Of a stretch of 64,000 nt of DNA, positions 20,670 to 31,758 are shown piece by piece. The stretch is taken from contig CAXXHG010000046.1 of NCBI GenBank assembly GCA_963666315.2, positions 107,803-171,802 of the forward strand. Reading direction: 5' to 3'. Position 1 is the stretch's first letter. Every line of letters starts with the position of its first letter. This DNA is from Candidatus Binatia bacterium. GTDB taxonomy: Bacteria > Desulfobacterota > Binatia > Bin18. The translations under genes were made by a program, and so were the position numbers. The notes under the pieces are model-generated. The model did not search any database. It had not been told where the DNA came from and saw only the letters and a list, made by a program, of their open reading frames with translations.

Positions 20670-22897
20670 TGGACTTTCCCGAGCTGCTAGACCAAGTCCG
20701 AGAGCTACTCCGCACCAAGGGTCGTGTATCCCCTATCTATTTTCTTTATTAGGGATAGAGGAAGCGAATTCGTCTCTACAGCAGATGGACGCCCAGATTC
20801 GGCGGCAGCGGACGTTTGAGGCGCTGAAGAAACTGTTTTTACGAGAGAGCCTCAATCAGCCATTCCTCTTCATCTTTGAAGACCTACATTGGATTGACAG
20901 TGAGACACAAGGTTTTCTAGATGCGCTGAGTGAGAGCATCGCGTTGGCCAACCTACTCTTGTTAGTGAACTACCGGCCTGAGTATCGCCACGAGTGGGGC
21001 CAGAAGACCTATTGCACCCAACTGCGGCTTGCTCCACTGGGCAAAGACGAAGCGGAGGAGCTGCTGACCTCCCTCCTGGGAAGAGATGCTAGCCTCAAGG
21101 CATTGAAAGGGCTGATCCTAGAGCGCACTGATGGCACGCCCTTCTTCATGGAAGAGGTGGTGCAGACTTTGACGGAGGAAGGTGCGTTAAGCGGTGAGCG
21201 TAGCAACTACCGACTGGAAGCGACCCCGACCGAGCTCCATATTTCTCCGACCGTCCAAGGCGTGTTAGCCGCCCGCATAGATCGACTCACCGCAGAAGAA
21301 AAAGAATTCCTTCAGCAGCTCTCCGTAATCGGTCGCCAGTTTCCGGTCAGTCTGGTCAAGCAAGTTGTTCCTCAATCCGAGGCAGACCTGTATCGCATCT
21401 TAGCGTCTCTGCAGGCCAAAGAATTTCTGTACGAACAGCCCGCCTTTCCCGAGGTCGAATACCTCTTTAAGCACGCACTCACCCAAGACGTGGCCTATGG
21501 GACCGTGCTCCAGGAACGGCGCAAGGCGCTGCACGAGCGGACGGGGCAAGCGATAGAATCGCTGTATAAAGACAAGCGCGAAGACCATTACACTGAACTC
21601 GCCCATCACTACAGTCTGAGTGACAACACCGAGAAGGCTCTCGAATATCTCTATCTGGCCGGGCAGCGGGCTATACAAAGGTCCGCCAATGCCGAAGCAA
21701 TTAAGCACTTGAACCAAGGAATCGCGCTCCTCCAGACACTACCCGACAGCTCAGAGCGGACACAACACGAACTCCAATTCCATGTAGCGTTGAATGCGCC
21801 GCTGTATGCCACCAGCGGATTTGCCTCACCTGAGCTGGGACAGACCATGGAGCAGGCGTACGCGCTGTGCCAACGGTTAGGGGAGCCCCCGGAGCTCTTC
21901 AGCGTGTTGACGGGGTTGTGGATGTTTCACACCGGCGGCCAGTCCGCATTGGAGACGGGCCGTGCGTTAGCCGAGCAGATGCTGCGTTTGGCCCAGCAGC
22001 AGGACGATGCCACTCTCGTACAGAGAGCCCACGCATGGATGGCGAACACTCTCTTTTATCTGAGCGACCTATCCGCGACGCGCAAGCACCTTGAGCAAGC
22101 GATCGCGCTCGACGACATCGTACCGGATGGGATCATTGATCAAATGGGACTCGATCAAAAGGGAGTGCTACATCTCATTGCCGCACTGACCCTCTGGGTG
22201 CAGGGGTATCCAGAGCAGGCATCACAGCAGAACACTGAAGTTCTGACCCGGGCGCAGGTGCTCACCTTGGCCGCGCTGTTCCATGTCTTGCGTCGCGAGG
22301 TGCAGCCGACCTTGGAGAATACCGAAGCAGCCAGAATACTTGCGATAGAGCGCGGGCTTCCATTTTACTTAGCTTGGGGCTCTATCCACCAGGGCTGGGC
22401 CGTCGCAGACCAAGGAGACCCTGAGCAAGGGGTCTCACTACTTGAGCAAGGACTCTCCCACTACCGAGCGACAGGGCAAGGGGGCTGGGTACCATTTTAT
22501 CTCGGTCTCCTGGCGCAGGTGCAGGGGCAGGCTGGACACATGGAAGAAGGTTTGTCGATATTGGCCAAGGCGCGGGAGATGAGCACGCAGCGGGGAGAGG
22601 TCTGGAGTGAGGCGGAATTGTATAGGCTGACCGGGGAGCTGACGCTACAAGAATGGAAGGTCAAAGGTCACAAGTCAAAAGTCGAAGAAGAAGCGGAAGG
22701 CCATTGAGATTGCCCAGAAGCAAGAGGCTAAGTCCTGGGAACTGCGTGCCGCCACGAGTCTGGCTCGTCTATGGCAACAGCAGGGCAAGAAGCAAGAAGC
22801 CCTCGATCTCCTCGCTCCCGTCTACAATTGGTTCACCGAAGGCTTTGACACGGCAGACTTGAAGGAGGCTAAGATGCTGATAGATCAGTTGTCTTGA
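20670..22897 (+). pseudogene. decayed paralogue of the cyclase/STAND/TPR gene
   Basis: Starts MDFPELLDQVRELLRTKGRV (cf. MTFDEVLDQVRDLLQQRGRV) and then jumps to the post-P-loop region, so the cyclase domain and P-loop are missing; 14-nt deletion at 22705/22706 shifts the frame; the C-terminal helix is still recognisable to TGA 22895-22897. Confidence 0.8.
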
Positions 22898-22920
22898 TCC
22901 GTCCCTTTATGAGTATGACT

Positions 22921-22981
22921 GTAGGGGCGAGGTTACCTCGCCCAATAAGGTGTCGGGTTACGCTCCGCTAACCCGACCTAC
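22921..22981. repeat. two adjacent REP hairpins (GTAGGGGCGAGGTTACCTCGCCC, then the GTCGGGTTACGC..ACCCGACCTAC type)
   Basis: Read directly; lies between convergent genes. Confidence 0.8.
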
Positions 22982-23003
22982 GGCTCGCGCATAGATATCA
23001 ACG

Positions 23004-24383
23004 TCAGTTTAGTGTGGTATCCGTCTGAGCGCGTTCAGAATCTGCCCCAAAGACAATCTGCCCAGCCGCGTCTTGCGCTCGAATACGCGCTTCGATTGTA
23101 GGTGAGATCTGCAAGTTACGCTCTGTGGGGAATTTGTCCTTGTATAAATGCGGGCGCAGGAAGAACTCTTCGGGAGTCCGGATCACCGCTTGGGTTTTTA
23201 AAGGCGCGGGGAACCAACCGCGACGCATGAAGTCTGGAGAGAAGAACACGTCCTTGTCTTGCTGTGACCAATCTTTGACCTGCATAGCATCATGCAGCGT
23301 GTAGCCATAATAGTCTGCCTGGGCGTCCCACCAGACCGCAATCAGGTTGTGATAGCCGCGCTCCCCGAGGTTCGGATTCATCATTTTGGTAATCCGCGTC
23401 TCAAGAAAGATGAGCTCATCCTGCTGGCCGTACACCTCCATCCGGAGCGGATAGAAATAGTGTTGATCCAGCCAATACACCACCTTGCTGGCATAATAAC
23501 CCGGCAGCCATTCCGGCTTTGGACGGGATTCAACGACGTAGAAGCTCACGCTCCCATCTGGCTGATAATGTGGATATTCGTCTCCCATTATTTTCAGGTC
23601 TTGGACGGGAACGTCGGTGAAGGATCCATCTGCTGTTGCCAGGGTGATAATCGGTCGCGTTTTTGGGAAGCGGACCGTCTCGGTCAAAGTATCGGTTCCC
23701 AATATCCGCCACGAAAACTCCCAAGCGTCGCGACCCAGCGAGTCATCAAACGTCATCGGCCACGTAGCCAGCTTGTCTTCTCGTTGGGGTTGCGGGAAGC
23801 GGCGGACCCGACGGATTGCGGGCGAATAGCCAAACAGGTCGGCCTTGATGCGCTTCTCCTTATCCGTCCGGTAGGTCATAAAGAGCAGTTGATTGCCGTA
23901 ATTTTCAGGCGGAGATAAATCCTGAGTCAACCAGTGAGCCAACAGTTCCCCCGGTTGCGCAGTCAGGTGTCCAATCAACCCCTCGGGTTTCCGATAATGA
24001 ACGAGGACGAGAATTTGCGAACTGGACAGATAGCCGCTCGGTGTCAATATCCCTGCGTCTTCGATCTGAACACAGCTCCAACGCGGCATGTGAGGGAATT
24101 CCATGCCGCGAAAGCCCATTTCCTCGGCGGTGTATGGGGTTTTGAATGGATAAGCTTCAGCCGGTAGATACGGGGTGTTCGCATCGCGTGGCGTATCCTT
24201 CGCCATATCGATACCAATCCGTTCGTCTTCAGAAAGCTCAGAAAGTGCCTTCCATGTTCTCCCCGGTGCCTCAGTCTGCTCCCCTGCAGCCCAGAGAGGC
24301 TGCAAACAAAAAACGAGGCTCAAGCCAATGAGGATAAAAAATCTTAAGCTTCGGCCGAAAAGGTGTCTCACGTCGCCGCGCAT
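23004..24383 (-). CDS. secreted protein, possibly DUF1329 / LolA-like lipoprotein-sorting family
   Basis: Long clean ORF with an N-terminal signal peptide; size and general composition recall DUF1329, but the assignment is tentative. Confidence 0.4.
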   Translation of the reverse strand: MRGDVRHLFGRSLRFFILIGLSLVFCLQPLWAAGEQTEAPGRTWKALSELSEDERIGIDMAKDTPRDANTPYLPAEAYPFKTPYTAEEMGFRGMEFPHMPRWSCVQIEDAGILTPSGYLSSSQILVLVHYRKPEGLIGHLTAQPGELLAHWLTQDLSPPENYGNQLLFMTYRTDKEKRIKADLFGYSPAIRRVRRFPQPQREDKLATWPMTFDDSLGRDAWEFSWRILGTDTLTETVRFPKTRPIITLATADGSFTDVPVQDLKIMGDEYPHYQPDGSVSFYVVESRPKPEWLPGYYASKVVYWLDQHYFYPLRMEVYGQQDELIFLETRITKMMNPNLGERGYHNLIAVWWDAQADYYGYTLHDAMQVKDWSQQDKDVFFSPDFMRRGWFPAPLKTQAVIRTPEEFFLRPHLYKDKFPTERNLQISPTIEARIRAQDAAGQIVFGADSERAQTDTTLN

Positions 24384-24530
24384 TCAGGCCCTCCTTTCGC
24401 TTTCGTACCATACCGAAGACAACCCATCGGATGCAAGTGATCCGTCGCGGCGTACAGCACAGCGAGAAGCCTTGGCCTTTATCCTCCAACCGATTAGGAT
24501 ACGCTTAGCATCCGTATCTGGATAATCAAG

Positions 24531-24896
24531 ATGAAGAAATCACTCAGCCGGGCATATTTCTTATTTGCTTTGAGCCTTTTTGGCCTTGCTGGCCTGCATA
24601 CGATTTACTTAGGAAAACCGATTAAGGGGGTCCTTTTTCTGATTGCGACCTGGGCAGGCCTCTTCGCTCTCACAACGGTACTCATCCTGCCTTCTCCGAG
24701 TATCCCTCTGGTGATTGGGCTGGCGCTACCCAGGATATGGCAGACTTTCGTGCTCACCATCCCCTCCCCCAGTACTCTCCTTGTGGTTGGGCTGCTCGCG
24801 CTGCCTGTTATTGGGGTATGGTGGTTCGTTGATTTGTTCTCTCTTCCGAGGCAGGTACGGAAGGCAAACACGATGAGAGAGCATGTCAAAACGTAA
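24531..24896 (+). CDS. TM2-domain membrane protein
   Basis: GLAGLHTIYLGKPIKGVLFLIATW matches the TM2 signature (G.H.FYLG....G...L); further TM segments follow. Confidence 0.6.
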   Translation: MKKSLSRAYFLFALSLFGLAGLHTIYLGKPIKGVLFLIATWAGLFALTTVLILPSPSIPLVIGLALPRIWQTFVLTIPSPSTLLVVGLLALPVIGVWWFVDLFSLPRQVRKANTMREHVKT

Positions 24897-25024
24897 GGAA
24901 ACATGCCCAGCCGTGCACCGCTGATGACAACACCGGTCTGATCCCTCGCTCCCATAGAGTTTGAGAAGCACGCCTGATCTTGTTATCACTTGGCTGCCAG
25001 AAACATCAGACACAGGAGAACATC

Positions 25025-25906
25025 ATGACCATACCCTCAGCCCCAGCAGTTCAATCATTTACCATCGGTAATATCAGCGTCTCAAAAGTGTTGGACTGCA
25101 TCGAGCCAACGAGTCCGCGCTTTCTCTATGTTGATAAGAGCAAGGAAGACTTTCAGCCGTATTTGGACTGGCTCCAACCACACTTTCTTGACGCAGGCAG
25201 ACGGATGCTGCTCAGCATCCATACCTTTCTCATTCAAACCGCTCACAACACCATCCTCGTCGATACTTGTGTCGGCAACGACAAACAGGGCCTCGCCTTT
25301 CCGCAATGGAACGAACGCCAAGAAGACGTCTACTTACGGGACCTTGCTGCAGTGGGCTACTCTCCACAAGACGTAGACTATGTGTTCTGCACCCACATGC
25401 ATCTCGATCACACGGGTTGGAATACCCGTTTGCAAGACGGCCGTTGGACGCCCACATTTCCAAACGCCACCTACCTGTTTAACAAACAGGAGTGGGAACA
25501 CTGGAAAGACGAACCCAACCCAGAGGATCAAGCCGTTGTTGAGCAGAATATAACGCCAATCATTGAAGCTGCGCTGGTAGAATGGGTGGACAACGCGTGG
25601 GGCATTGATGATGAAGTCAGCCTGGTGCCAACGCCTGGTCATACACCGGGGCATTGTAGCGTCCAGCTCGGCTCCAACGGTCAGCAGGCCATTATTACTG
25701 GCGATATAATGGTCAACCCGGTTCAGGTTGCCGAACCGCACTGGAGTCAAATCGCGGATACGGACAAAGCTCTCGCCATTGAGACCCGGACTCAATTTAT
25801 CGACCAGCACTGTGATACCGACACAATGATTCTAGGGACGCACTTCAACACACCAACCGGTGTCTATATTGTCAGTCAGGGTGAACAGAAACGGATCAGA
25901 TGGTAA
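25025..25906 (+). CDS. MBL-fold metallo-hydrolase (lactonase-like)
   Basis: HxHxDH motif THMHLDHTGW; later TPGHTPGH. Confidence 0.8.
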   Translation: MTIPSAPAVQSFTIGNISVSKVLDCIEPTSPRFLYVDKSKEDFQPYLDWLQPHFLDAGRRMLLSIHTFLIQTAHNTILVDTCVGNDKQGLAFPQWNERQEDVYLRDLAAVGYSPQDVDYVFCTHMHLDHTGWNTRLQDGRWTPTFPNATYLFNKQEWEHWKDEPNPEDQAVVEQNITPIIEAALVEWVDNAWGIDDEVSLVPTPGHTPGHCSVQLGSNGQQAIITGDIMVNPVQVAEPHWSQIADTDKALAIETRTQFIDQHCDTDTMILGTHFNTPTGVYIVSQGEQKRIRW

Positions 25907-25916
25907 AGGACACCGC

Positions 25917-26969
25917 ATGAAATTTGGATTGCACTTTCAGCTTCCCCAGTCTCCCCATCAATCGGACGTGGCGCTCTACCGCGACTCTTTGGATCAAGCT
26001 GCTCACGCAGAGACGTTAGGTTTTGAGTCAGTCTGGCCGGTCGAGCAACATTTTAATGCAGCATTCTCCTTGCTGCCTTCGCCTCTGCTGTGGCTGGCTG
26101 CTCTGGCGGAACGCACGCACACCATGCGTCTCGGCATTGGCATTATCTTATTGCCTCTTTCACACCCAGTGCGGGTGGCAGAGGAAATCGCAACCCTGGA
26201 TGTCTTGAGCAATGGACGGGTCGAGTTCGGTATTGGTCGAGGGGTGTTTCCCGCTCACTTTGCGGGTTTTGGTATCGACCAGGCAGAGAGCCGGGAGCGT
26301 TTACTGGAAGGCTTAGAGATCATTCTCAAGGCATGGACCGAAGAACGTTTTTCGTTCCACGGCAAGTTTTTTAACGTAGAGAACTTGTGTGTTGTTCCAA
26401 AACCGATCCAACAGCCGCACCCGCCTGTGCGCGTGGCCTCGAATACGGTTGAGACCTTCGAGCTGATGGGAAAACTCGGATACTCAATCCTGTCCGCCTC
26501 TCAGGTGAATACGTTTCCCAAACTGCGCGAGCTGATTCCGCTCTATTACCAAGCTCGTCAAGCAGCCGGACATACAAATGGAGACGCTGACACACTCAGC
26601 CTGCTCTCCCCCGTCTATGTTGGGGACACCGCAGACCAGGTCCGATCCGAGTCTGCGCCGAGCATGAGTCGATTTATTCAATCGCTGCTTGAGGCTTTTC
26701 CAGCAATCACTAATGACGGTTCGGAAAAAAGCAAATTGCTCCAGGAAGCCGCAGATCGTCTCCGTGACACCACATATGAGCAGGTGTGTGAAACAATGGC
26801 CATCTATGAGACGCCGGAAGTGTGCGTTGAACGGCTTCAGCAATTGCAGGCAGAGTTTGGCATGGGCCGCATGATCTGCTGGTTTAATGCGGGCGGACTC
26901 GTTCCGCATGAAAACGTTATGCGCAGTATGGAACTCTTTGCCGACAAAGTCATGCCGAATTTTGGGTGA
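25917..26969 (+). CDS. LLM-class flavin-dependent oxidoreductase
   Basis: MKFGLHFQLP.., FESVWPVEQHF.., LDVLSNGRVEFGIGRG are typical luciferase-like monooxygenase motifs. Confidence 0.8.
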   Translation: MKFGLHFQLPQSPHQSDVALYRDSLDQAAHAETLGFESVWPVEQHFNAAFSLLPSPLLWLAALAERTHTMRLGIGIILLPLSHPVRVAEEIATLDVLSNGRVEFGIGRGVFPAHFAGFGIDQAESRERLLEGLEIILKAWTEERFSFHGKFFNVENLCVVPKPIQQPHPPVRVASNTVETFELMGKLGYSILSASQVNTFPKLRELIPLYYQARQAAGHTNGDADTLSLLSPVYVGDTADQVRSESAPSMSRFIQSLLEAFPAITNDGSEKSKLLQEAADRLRDTTYEQVCETMAIYETPEVCVERLQQLQAEFGMGRMICWFNAGGLVPHENVMRSMELFADKVMPNFG

Positions 26970-27049
26970 GCAATACACACAACCAGTTCTGCGTGATTAT
27001 AGCCCCCCGTTATCAATCCGGACTGCAGGACTATGGGAAGTGCCGTGCG

Positions 27050-28207
27050 CTATGCTGGAGCGTCATGCATCCGCCACGACTTGTTCCCTGCCGGCAAATT
27101 GAAAAGCTGGGCTGCATTCTCACGCATGATGTTTTGGCGCTGCTGCTCTGTCAGGTCGGCCGTGTGTTCGGCCAACAATTGTTGAGAGCGCGGCCAGGTT
27201 GAATCGGTATGAGGAAAATCACTCGCCCATAGCAGTTGGTGGTGAGACATCAGGTGTAGGGATTTGAACGCGGTCAGGTCGTCTTGGAAGGTCATCCACA
27301 CGTTGCTCTGTATATATTCGCTGGGCAGTTTGGACAGGCCGTCGAGAATGCCGCCCTCAACGTTGAACTTAGCGGCGTGATCCATACGGTACATATAATG
27401 TGGCATCCAGCCGGCATCGCCCTCGGCACACACGAGTTTCAATTTCGGATGACGCTCGAAGACACCCCCCAGGACCAGGAGGCCCACCACATCTTGGACA
27501 GCCCGGATGATGCCGAGAAAATTGTTCATGGCGTGTCCACGATGAGGCATATTCAGGCTGCCGTCGCGTGAGGTCAAAATATGAAAACAGATGGGCAGAC
27601 CGAGATCCGTGGCACACTCCCACAGGGCGTCGTAGTCGGCGTGATCATAGTCCTCGTAGATAGGACGACCGGGCATCATCATGCCGACCATATCCATCTC
27701 CTTGGCGCGTCGAAAATCAGCAATGGCACTATCAACGCTTAAGACCGCCGTCTGTGCCAGCCCCAGAATGCGGTTCGGAGCCTCGCTGCACATAGACTGT
27801 AGCCACAGGTTATAGGCCTGCATACAGGCGTTTTTATAGTCCGGATCGCGGTGCATGCACAGACCCATACCAATCGAGGCGTAGATGACTTCGGCTGCAA
27901 TCCCGTCCTGGTCCATGTACGGAAGGCGCGCATGACCGCCATACGCGCCCTCGCGGATATCGGAAAACTTCGCTCTCTTTGCGCGCTCGTTGCGTTCTGT
28001 GACGCCGAAGCCGGCACCATCAATAAATCCCAGCGGAATCGGACGCTTCATCCCATGCACGACAAAGGCGTCTGTGCCGTCAGGTTGTTCAACGATGCGC
28101 GGTGCGACGTCGCGATATTTCGGATCAATATAGTCAATATAACAATTGGGCGGCTCACACACGTGGCCATCAGCTGAAATTATCCCGACTGGTATCTCTG
28201 GCATCAT
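27050..28207 (-). CDS. amidohydrolase-2 (ACMSD-like) family protein
   Basis: ISADGHVCEP.. N-terminal metal-ligand motif and FHIL.., W.SDFPH.. near the C-terminus; start taken at MMPEIPVG. Confidence 0.7.
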   Translation of the reverse strand: MMPEIPVGIISADGHVCEPPNCYIDYIDPKYRDVAPRIVEQPDGTDAFVVHGMKRPIPLGFIDGAGFGVTERNERAKRAKFSDIREGAYGGHARLPYMDQDGIAAEVIYASIGMGLCMHRDPDYKNACMQAYNLWLQSMCSEAPNRILGLAQTAVLSVDSAIADFRRAKEMDMVGMMMPGRPIYEDYDHADYDALWECATDLGLPICFHILTSRDGSLNMPHRGHAMNNFLGIIRAVQDVVGLLVLGGVFERHPKLKLVCAEGDAGWMPHYMYRMDHAAKFNVEGGILDGLSKLPSEYIQSNVWMTFQDDLTAFKSLHLMSHHQLLWASDFPHTDSTWPRSQQLLAEHTADLTEQQRQNIMRENAAQLFNLPAGNKSWRMHDAPA

Positions 28208-28428
28208 ATTATTTACTCTCCGTTTGCCGTTACATATTGAGCCTGACACTCCGAAGCTCGGCGATAACGAGAACACTGACAATCATAAGAACACTACCGT
28301 GGCCTAGAGTACGCAAACATCCGGATCTTTTCAAGGAAGAAGGGGAGAACTGCTATTCTGCTCAAGGAGAAGAGGCCGGACAGGCTACACGCCTTGAGTG
28401 CCACCCCAGGCTGGGCTAACGTATCCGC

Positions 28429-30048
28429 ATGAATGCCGTACAAGAATTCCAGACATCAGAAGCATTAACATTCGACAATCGATTCACCCGCGAACTGCCG
28501 GTCGATCCTGAAACCGAAAACTATCGCCGGCAGGTCACGCAAGCGTGTTACTCGCGTGTACAGCCCAGGAAAGTCACTCAGCCCCGGCTGGTCGCTTACG
28601 CGTGGGATGTTGCCCAGGAACTGAATCTTACGCCGGCGTTTTGCGAATCAGACGATTTCCCACACATCTTTTCGGGCAACCGTTTGCTGGCAGGTATGGA
28701 TCCCTACGCCACCTGTTACGGCGGCCACCAGTTCGGCAACTGGGCCGGGCAGCTCGGAGACGGCCGGGCCATCAACCTGGGCGAGATAGTCAATCGGGAC
28801 GGCAAGCGGTGGGCATTGCAACTCAAAGGCGCCGGCCCTACGCCGTATTCACGAACGGCCGACGGTTTGGCCGTCCTCCGCTCGTCGCTGCGCGAGTTCT
28901 TGTGTAGCGAGGCCATGCATCATCTCGGTGTCCCTACTACACGCGCGTTAAGCCTGGTGTCGACGGGCGAGCAGGTCGTCCGGGATATGTTTTACAATGG
29001 CAACCCCAAGCCTGAGCCAGGAGCTATTGTGTGTCGGGTCGCGCCATCATTTACACGCTTCGGGAATTTTCAGCTATTTGCTGCGCGCGGAGAGATCGAC
29101 GTGTTGAAACAACTGGTCGATTATACCATACGCACCGACTTCTCCCATTTGGGCGAACCATCGCGCGACACTTACCCGGTCTGGTTCGAGGAAGTCTGCC
29201 GCACAACGGCACAGATGATCGTACACTGGCTGCGCGTCGGCTTCGTCCACGGTGTGATGAACACGGACAATATGTCTATCCTCGGCCTCACCATAGACTA
29301 CGGCCCGTATGGTTGGCTGGAAAATTACGATACCAACTGGACGCCGAACACCACCGACGCGGCCGGCCACCGGTATGCCTTCGGCAAGCAGCCACACATC
29401 GCGCATTGGAATCTCGTCCAGCTTGCCAATGCCATCTATCCACTGATTGAACAGACTGAACCGTTGGAAGAAGTGTTGAACAGCTATGCAAAAGAATTTG
29501 AGCACGGCTGGCAATCCATGATGGCCCAAAAACTGGGGCTGCGAGCCTTCAAGCCTGACCTGGACGATACCCTATTCTCGGGCCTACTTGAGATTCTACA
29601 ATTGGCCGAGACAGATATGACTATCTTCTATCGGCGGCTGGCTACAATTGATGTCAACGTCGAATCTCAGGACAAAACAGACGCTACCGCTCTCATAGAA
29701 CCTGTGTTGGACGCCTACTACGTCCCGGAGCAATTAACGCAAGACACAACGATGCGCGTCACTAATTGGCTGCGCCGCTACCAAGAACGCGTGAGAGAAG
29801 ATGGCACGGATAACGAGACGAGACGCAAACGAATGAACGCGGTCAACCCGAAATATGTACTGCGCAACTATCTGGCCCAGCTTGCCATCGACAAGGCCGA
29901 ACAGGACGACAATTCGATGCTGAACGAATTACTGGAACTCCTCCGCCATCCATATGATGAACAACCTGACAAAGAAGAATATGCGAAAAAACGTCCCGAC
30001 TGGGCGCGCCAACGTGCGGGCTGTTCGATGCTGTCGTGTAGTTCGTGA
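28429..30048 (+). CDS. selO: protein adenylyltransferase SelO (YdiU/UPF0061)
   Basis: CYGGHQFGNWAGQLGDGRAI..LKGAGPTPYSR..DG.AVLRSS.REFLCSEAM..LGVPTTRAL; ends ..MLSCSS. Confidence 0.9.
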   Translation: MNAVQEFQTSEALTFDNRFTRELPVDPETENYRRQVTQACYSRVQPRKVTQPRLVAYAWDVAQELNLTPAFCESDDFPHIFSGNRLLAGMDPYATCYGGHQFGNWAGQLGDGRAINLGEIVNRDGKRWALQLKGAGPTPYSRTADGLAVLRSSLREFLCSEAMHHLGVPTTRALSLVSTGEQVVRDMFYNGNPKPEPGAIVCRVAPSFTRFGNFQLFAARGEIDVLKQLVDYTIRTDFSHLGEPSRDTYPVWFEEVCRTTAQMIVHWLRVGFVHGVMNTDNMSILGLTIDYGPYGWLENYDTNWTPNTTDAAGHRYAFGKQPHIAHWNLVQLANAIYPLIEQTEPLEEVLNSYAKEFEHGWQSMMAQKLGLRAFKPDLDDTLFSGLLEILQLAETDMTIFYRRLATIDVNVESQDKTDATALIEPVLDAYYVPEQLTQDTTMRVTNWLRRYQERVREDGTDNETRRKRMNAVNPKYVLRNYLAQLAIDKAEQDDNSMLNELLELLRHPYDEQPDKEEYAKKRPDWARQRAGCSMLSCSS

Positions 30049-30134
30049 TGATCGGCAAAGCTCGACCACCCAAGGTAAATAAACATACCTCATAAAAAGT
30101 TGCATTGGCCTTGCGGGATTGATGCGAAGAAAAA

Positions 30135-31090
30135 ATGATGATGGATCGTAACTTCGAAATGATTAAAACAAACGGTGTCACGCTGCGCACAGTGGCGGAA
30201 GGAGATGGACCGCTGGTTATACTGCTGCACGGCTGGCCGCAGTGTTGGTATTTGTGGCAGCATCAGATCGATCCCATCGTCGCGGCGGGTTATCGCGTCG
30301 CTGTTCCTGATCAACGTGGCTACGGCGGCAGCTAGTGCCCCCCCGCAGTCTCCGATTACAATATTCGGACTCTTGCCGCCGACGTTGCCGGCATTGCACT
30401 AGCCCTAGGCTACGATGAATTCAATCTGATCGGCCACGACTGGGGCTGCGTTGTGGCCTGGAATACCGCCCTACTCCATGAGGACACGTGTAAAGCGATA
30501 ATGGGACTGTCCGTACCATTTTGGCGCATGGGGGATGCCGCTATTAATCCCTCCGGGATGGACGATCAGTTTTGGTATTTCCGCTACTTCCAAGAAGAAG
30601 GCATCGTCGAAGCCGAGCTTGAAAAAGATTTGGAACGCAGCCTCCGGATACTCTACTACGGCCTCTGTGCCGACTCGCCTGCACAGAGTTGGATGAAGCA
30701 ATTGGAGCATCCAAAGTCGAGCGGCCTGCTGGATGTACTGCCTGAGCCAGAGCAGCTGCCGACCTGGCTTACCCAAGCGGATCTGGATTATTATGTCGAG
30801 CAGTACCGGACGAGCGGTTTCGGAGGGCCGGTTAATTGGCACCGCAATATTCCGACCAATAATGGCATCACACCGGAACTCGAAGGCAAAAAGTTTTCCC
30901 AGCCTGCGGCATTCGTTGCGGGTGCTGAGGATAACGTACTGCTCTACGATCCCGACTGGCGGAACACGTTTCCGGCTGCTTTCGATGATCTACGCTTCCT
31001 CGAAATAATCGCAGGCGCAGGCCATGGGTCCAGGCCGAAAAACCACAAGAAACGAACGAGCTGATCCTGTGTTTTTTGCGGGAACTGTGA
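30135..31090 (+). pseudogene. epoxide-hydrolase-like alpha/beta hydrolase with an in-frame TAG and a C-terminal 1-nt deletion
   Basis: LLHGWPQCWYLW..DQRGYGGS*..LIGHDWG; TAG 30333-30335 joins same-frame ORFs 30135..30335 and 30453..31064; near 31025 the expected GHWVQAEKPQETNELILCFLREL* is reached only after a -1 shift. Confidence 0.8.
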
Positions 31091-31143
31091 GTTAGATACG
31101 GTGGGTCGCTCAGACCCACCCGGTTCAGACACGAACCCCTTGG

Positions 31144-31758
31144 CTACTTCCCAATCGCCTTGGCCCGGTCGAGCGAAGGCCGAGCATAACAGGCGTCGGT
31201 CCAGCGCTTCACATTGGTGTAGGCTGCGCTATCGAATTTCACCATCGATAAAAGCAACATAACCCCAGACACGTTCAGATCAGCGATACTGAAGGCGCCA
31301 CCAACCAGCCAGTCTTTATTGGCCAGCGTATTATCAAGCACCTTCAAGGGCCGAGCCAGTGTTTTCTCAGCAGCAGCAATAGCATCCGCACTGCGCTTTT
31401 CCTCAGGTGTAAAAAACTTTTGGACGACGATGTCCATCTGTGGCGGCTCGATCTCGGTCATGACCCACACACTCCATTGCCAGGCCAGAGCTTCATTGGC
31501 AGGATCGCGCGGATACAGATCACCACCGTAGGTCTTGGCCAGGTAGAGATTAATCGCCATGGACTCAAAGAGGGTAAGGTCGCCATCTTGTAAGGCGGGA
31601 ATACGACCATTCGGATTCACCGCGAGATACTCCGACTTTTTCGACTCCTCCATGAAATTGACCGAGACATGCTCATACTCAATCCCGACTTCCTCAATAG
31701 CCCACATCGAACGTATCGCGCGCGAGCCGGAAATACCGTACAGCTTTGGTTTTGCCAT
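31144..31758 (-). CDS. glutathione S-transferase
   Basis: N-terminal thioredoxin-like domain (KLYGISGSRA..NPNGRIPALQDGDLTLFESMAINLYL) plus a helical C-terminal domain. Confidence 0.85.
   Translation of the reverse strand: MAKPKLYGISGSRAIRSMWAIEEVGIEYEHVSVNFMEESKKSEYLAVNPNGRIPALQDGDLTLFESMAINLYLAKTYGGDLYPRDPANEALAWQWSVWVMTEIEPPQMDIVVQKFFTPEEKRSADAIAAAEKTLARPLKVLDNTLANKDWLVGGAFSIADLNVSGVMLLLSMVKFDSAAYTNVKRWTDACYARPSLDRAKAIGK

Noticed and set aside
23292-23918. 208-aa plus-strand ORF inside the 23004..24383 gene, and similar long antisense ORFs (11480..11998-, 33518..34066+, 50875..51438-, 51844..52560-, 26484..26978-, 29074..29529-)
   Set aside because: Each lies opposite or out of frame within a gene that has clear family motifs. 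They are typical GC-rich shadow ORFs with no recognisable domains.
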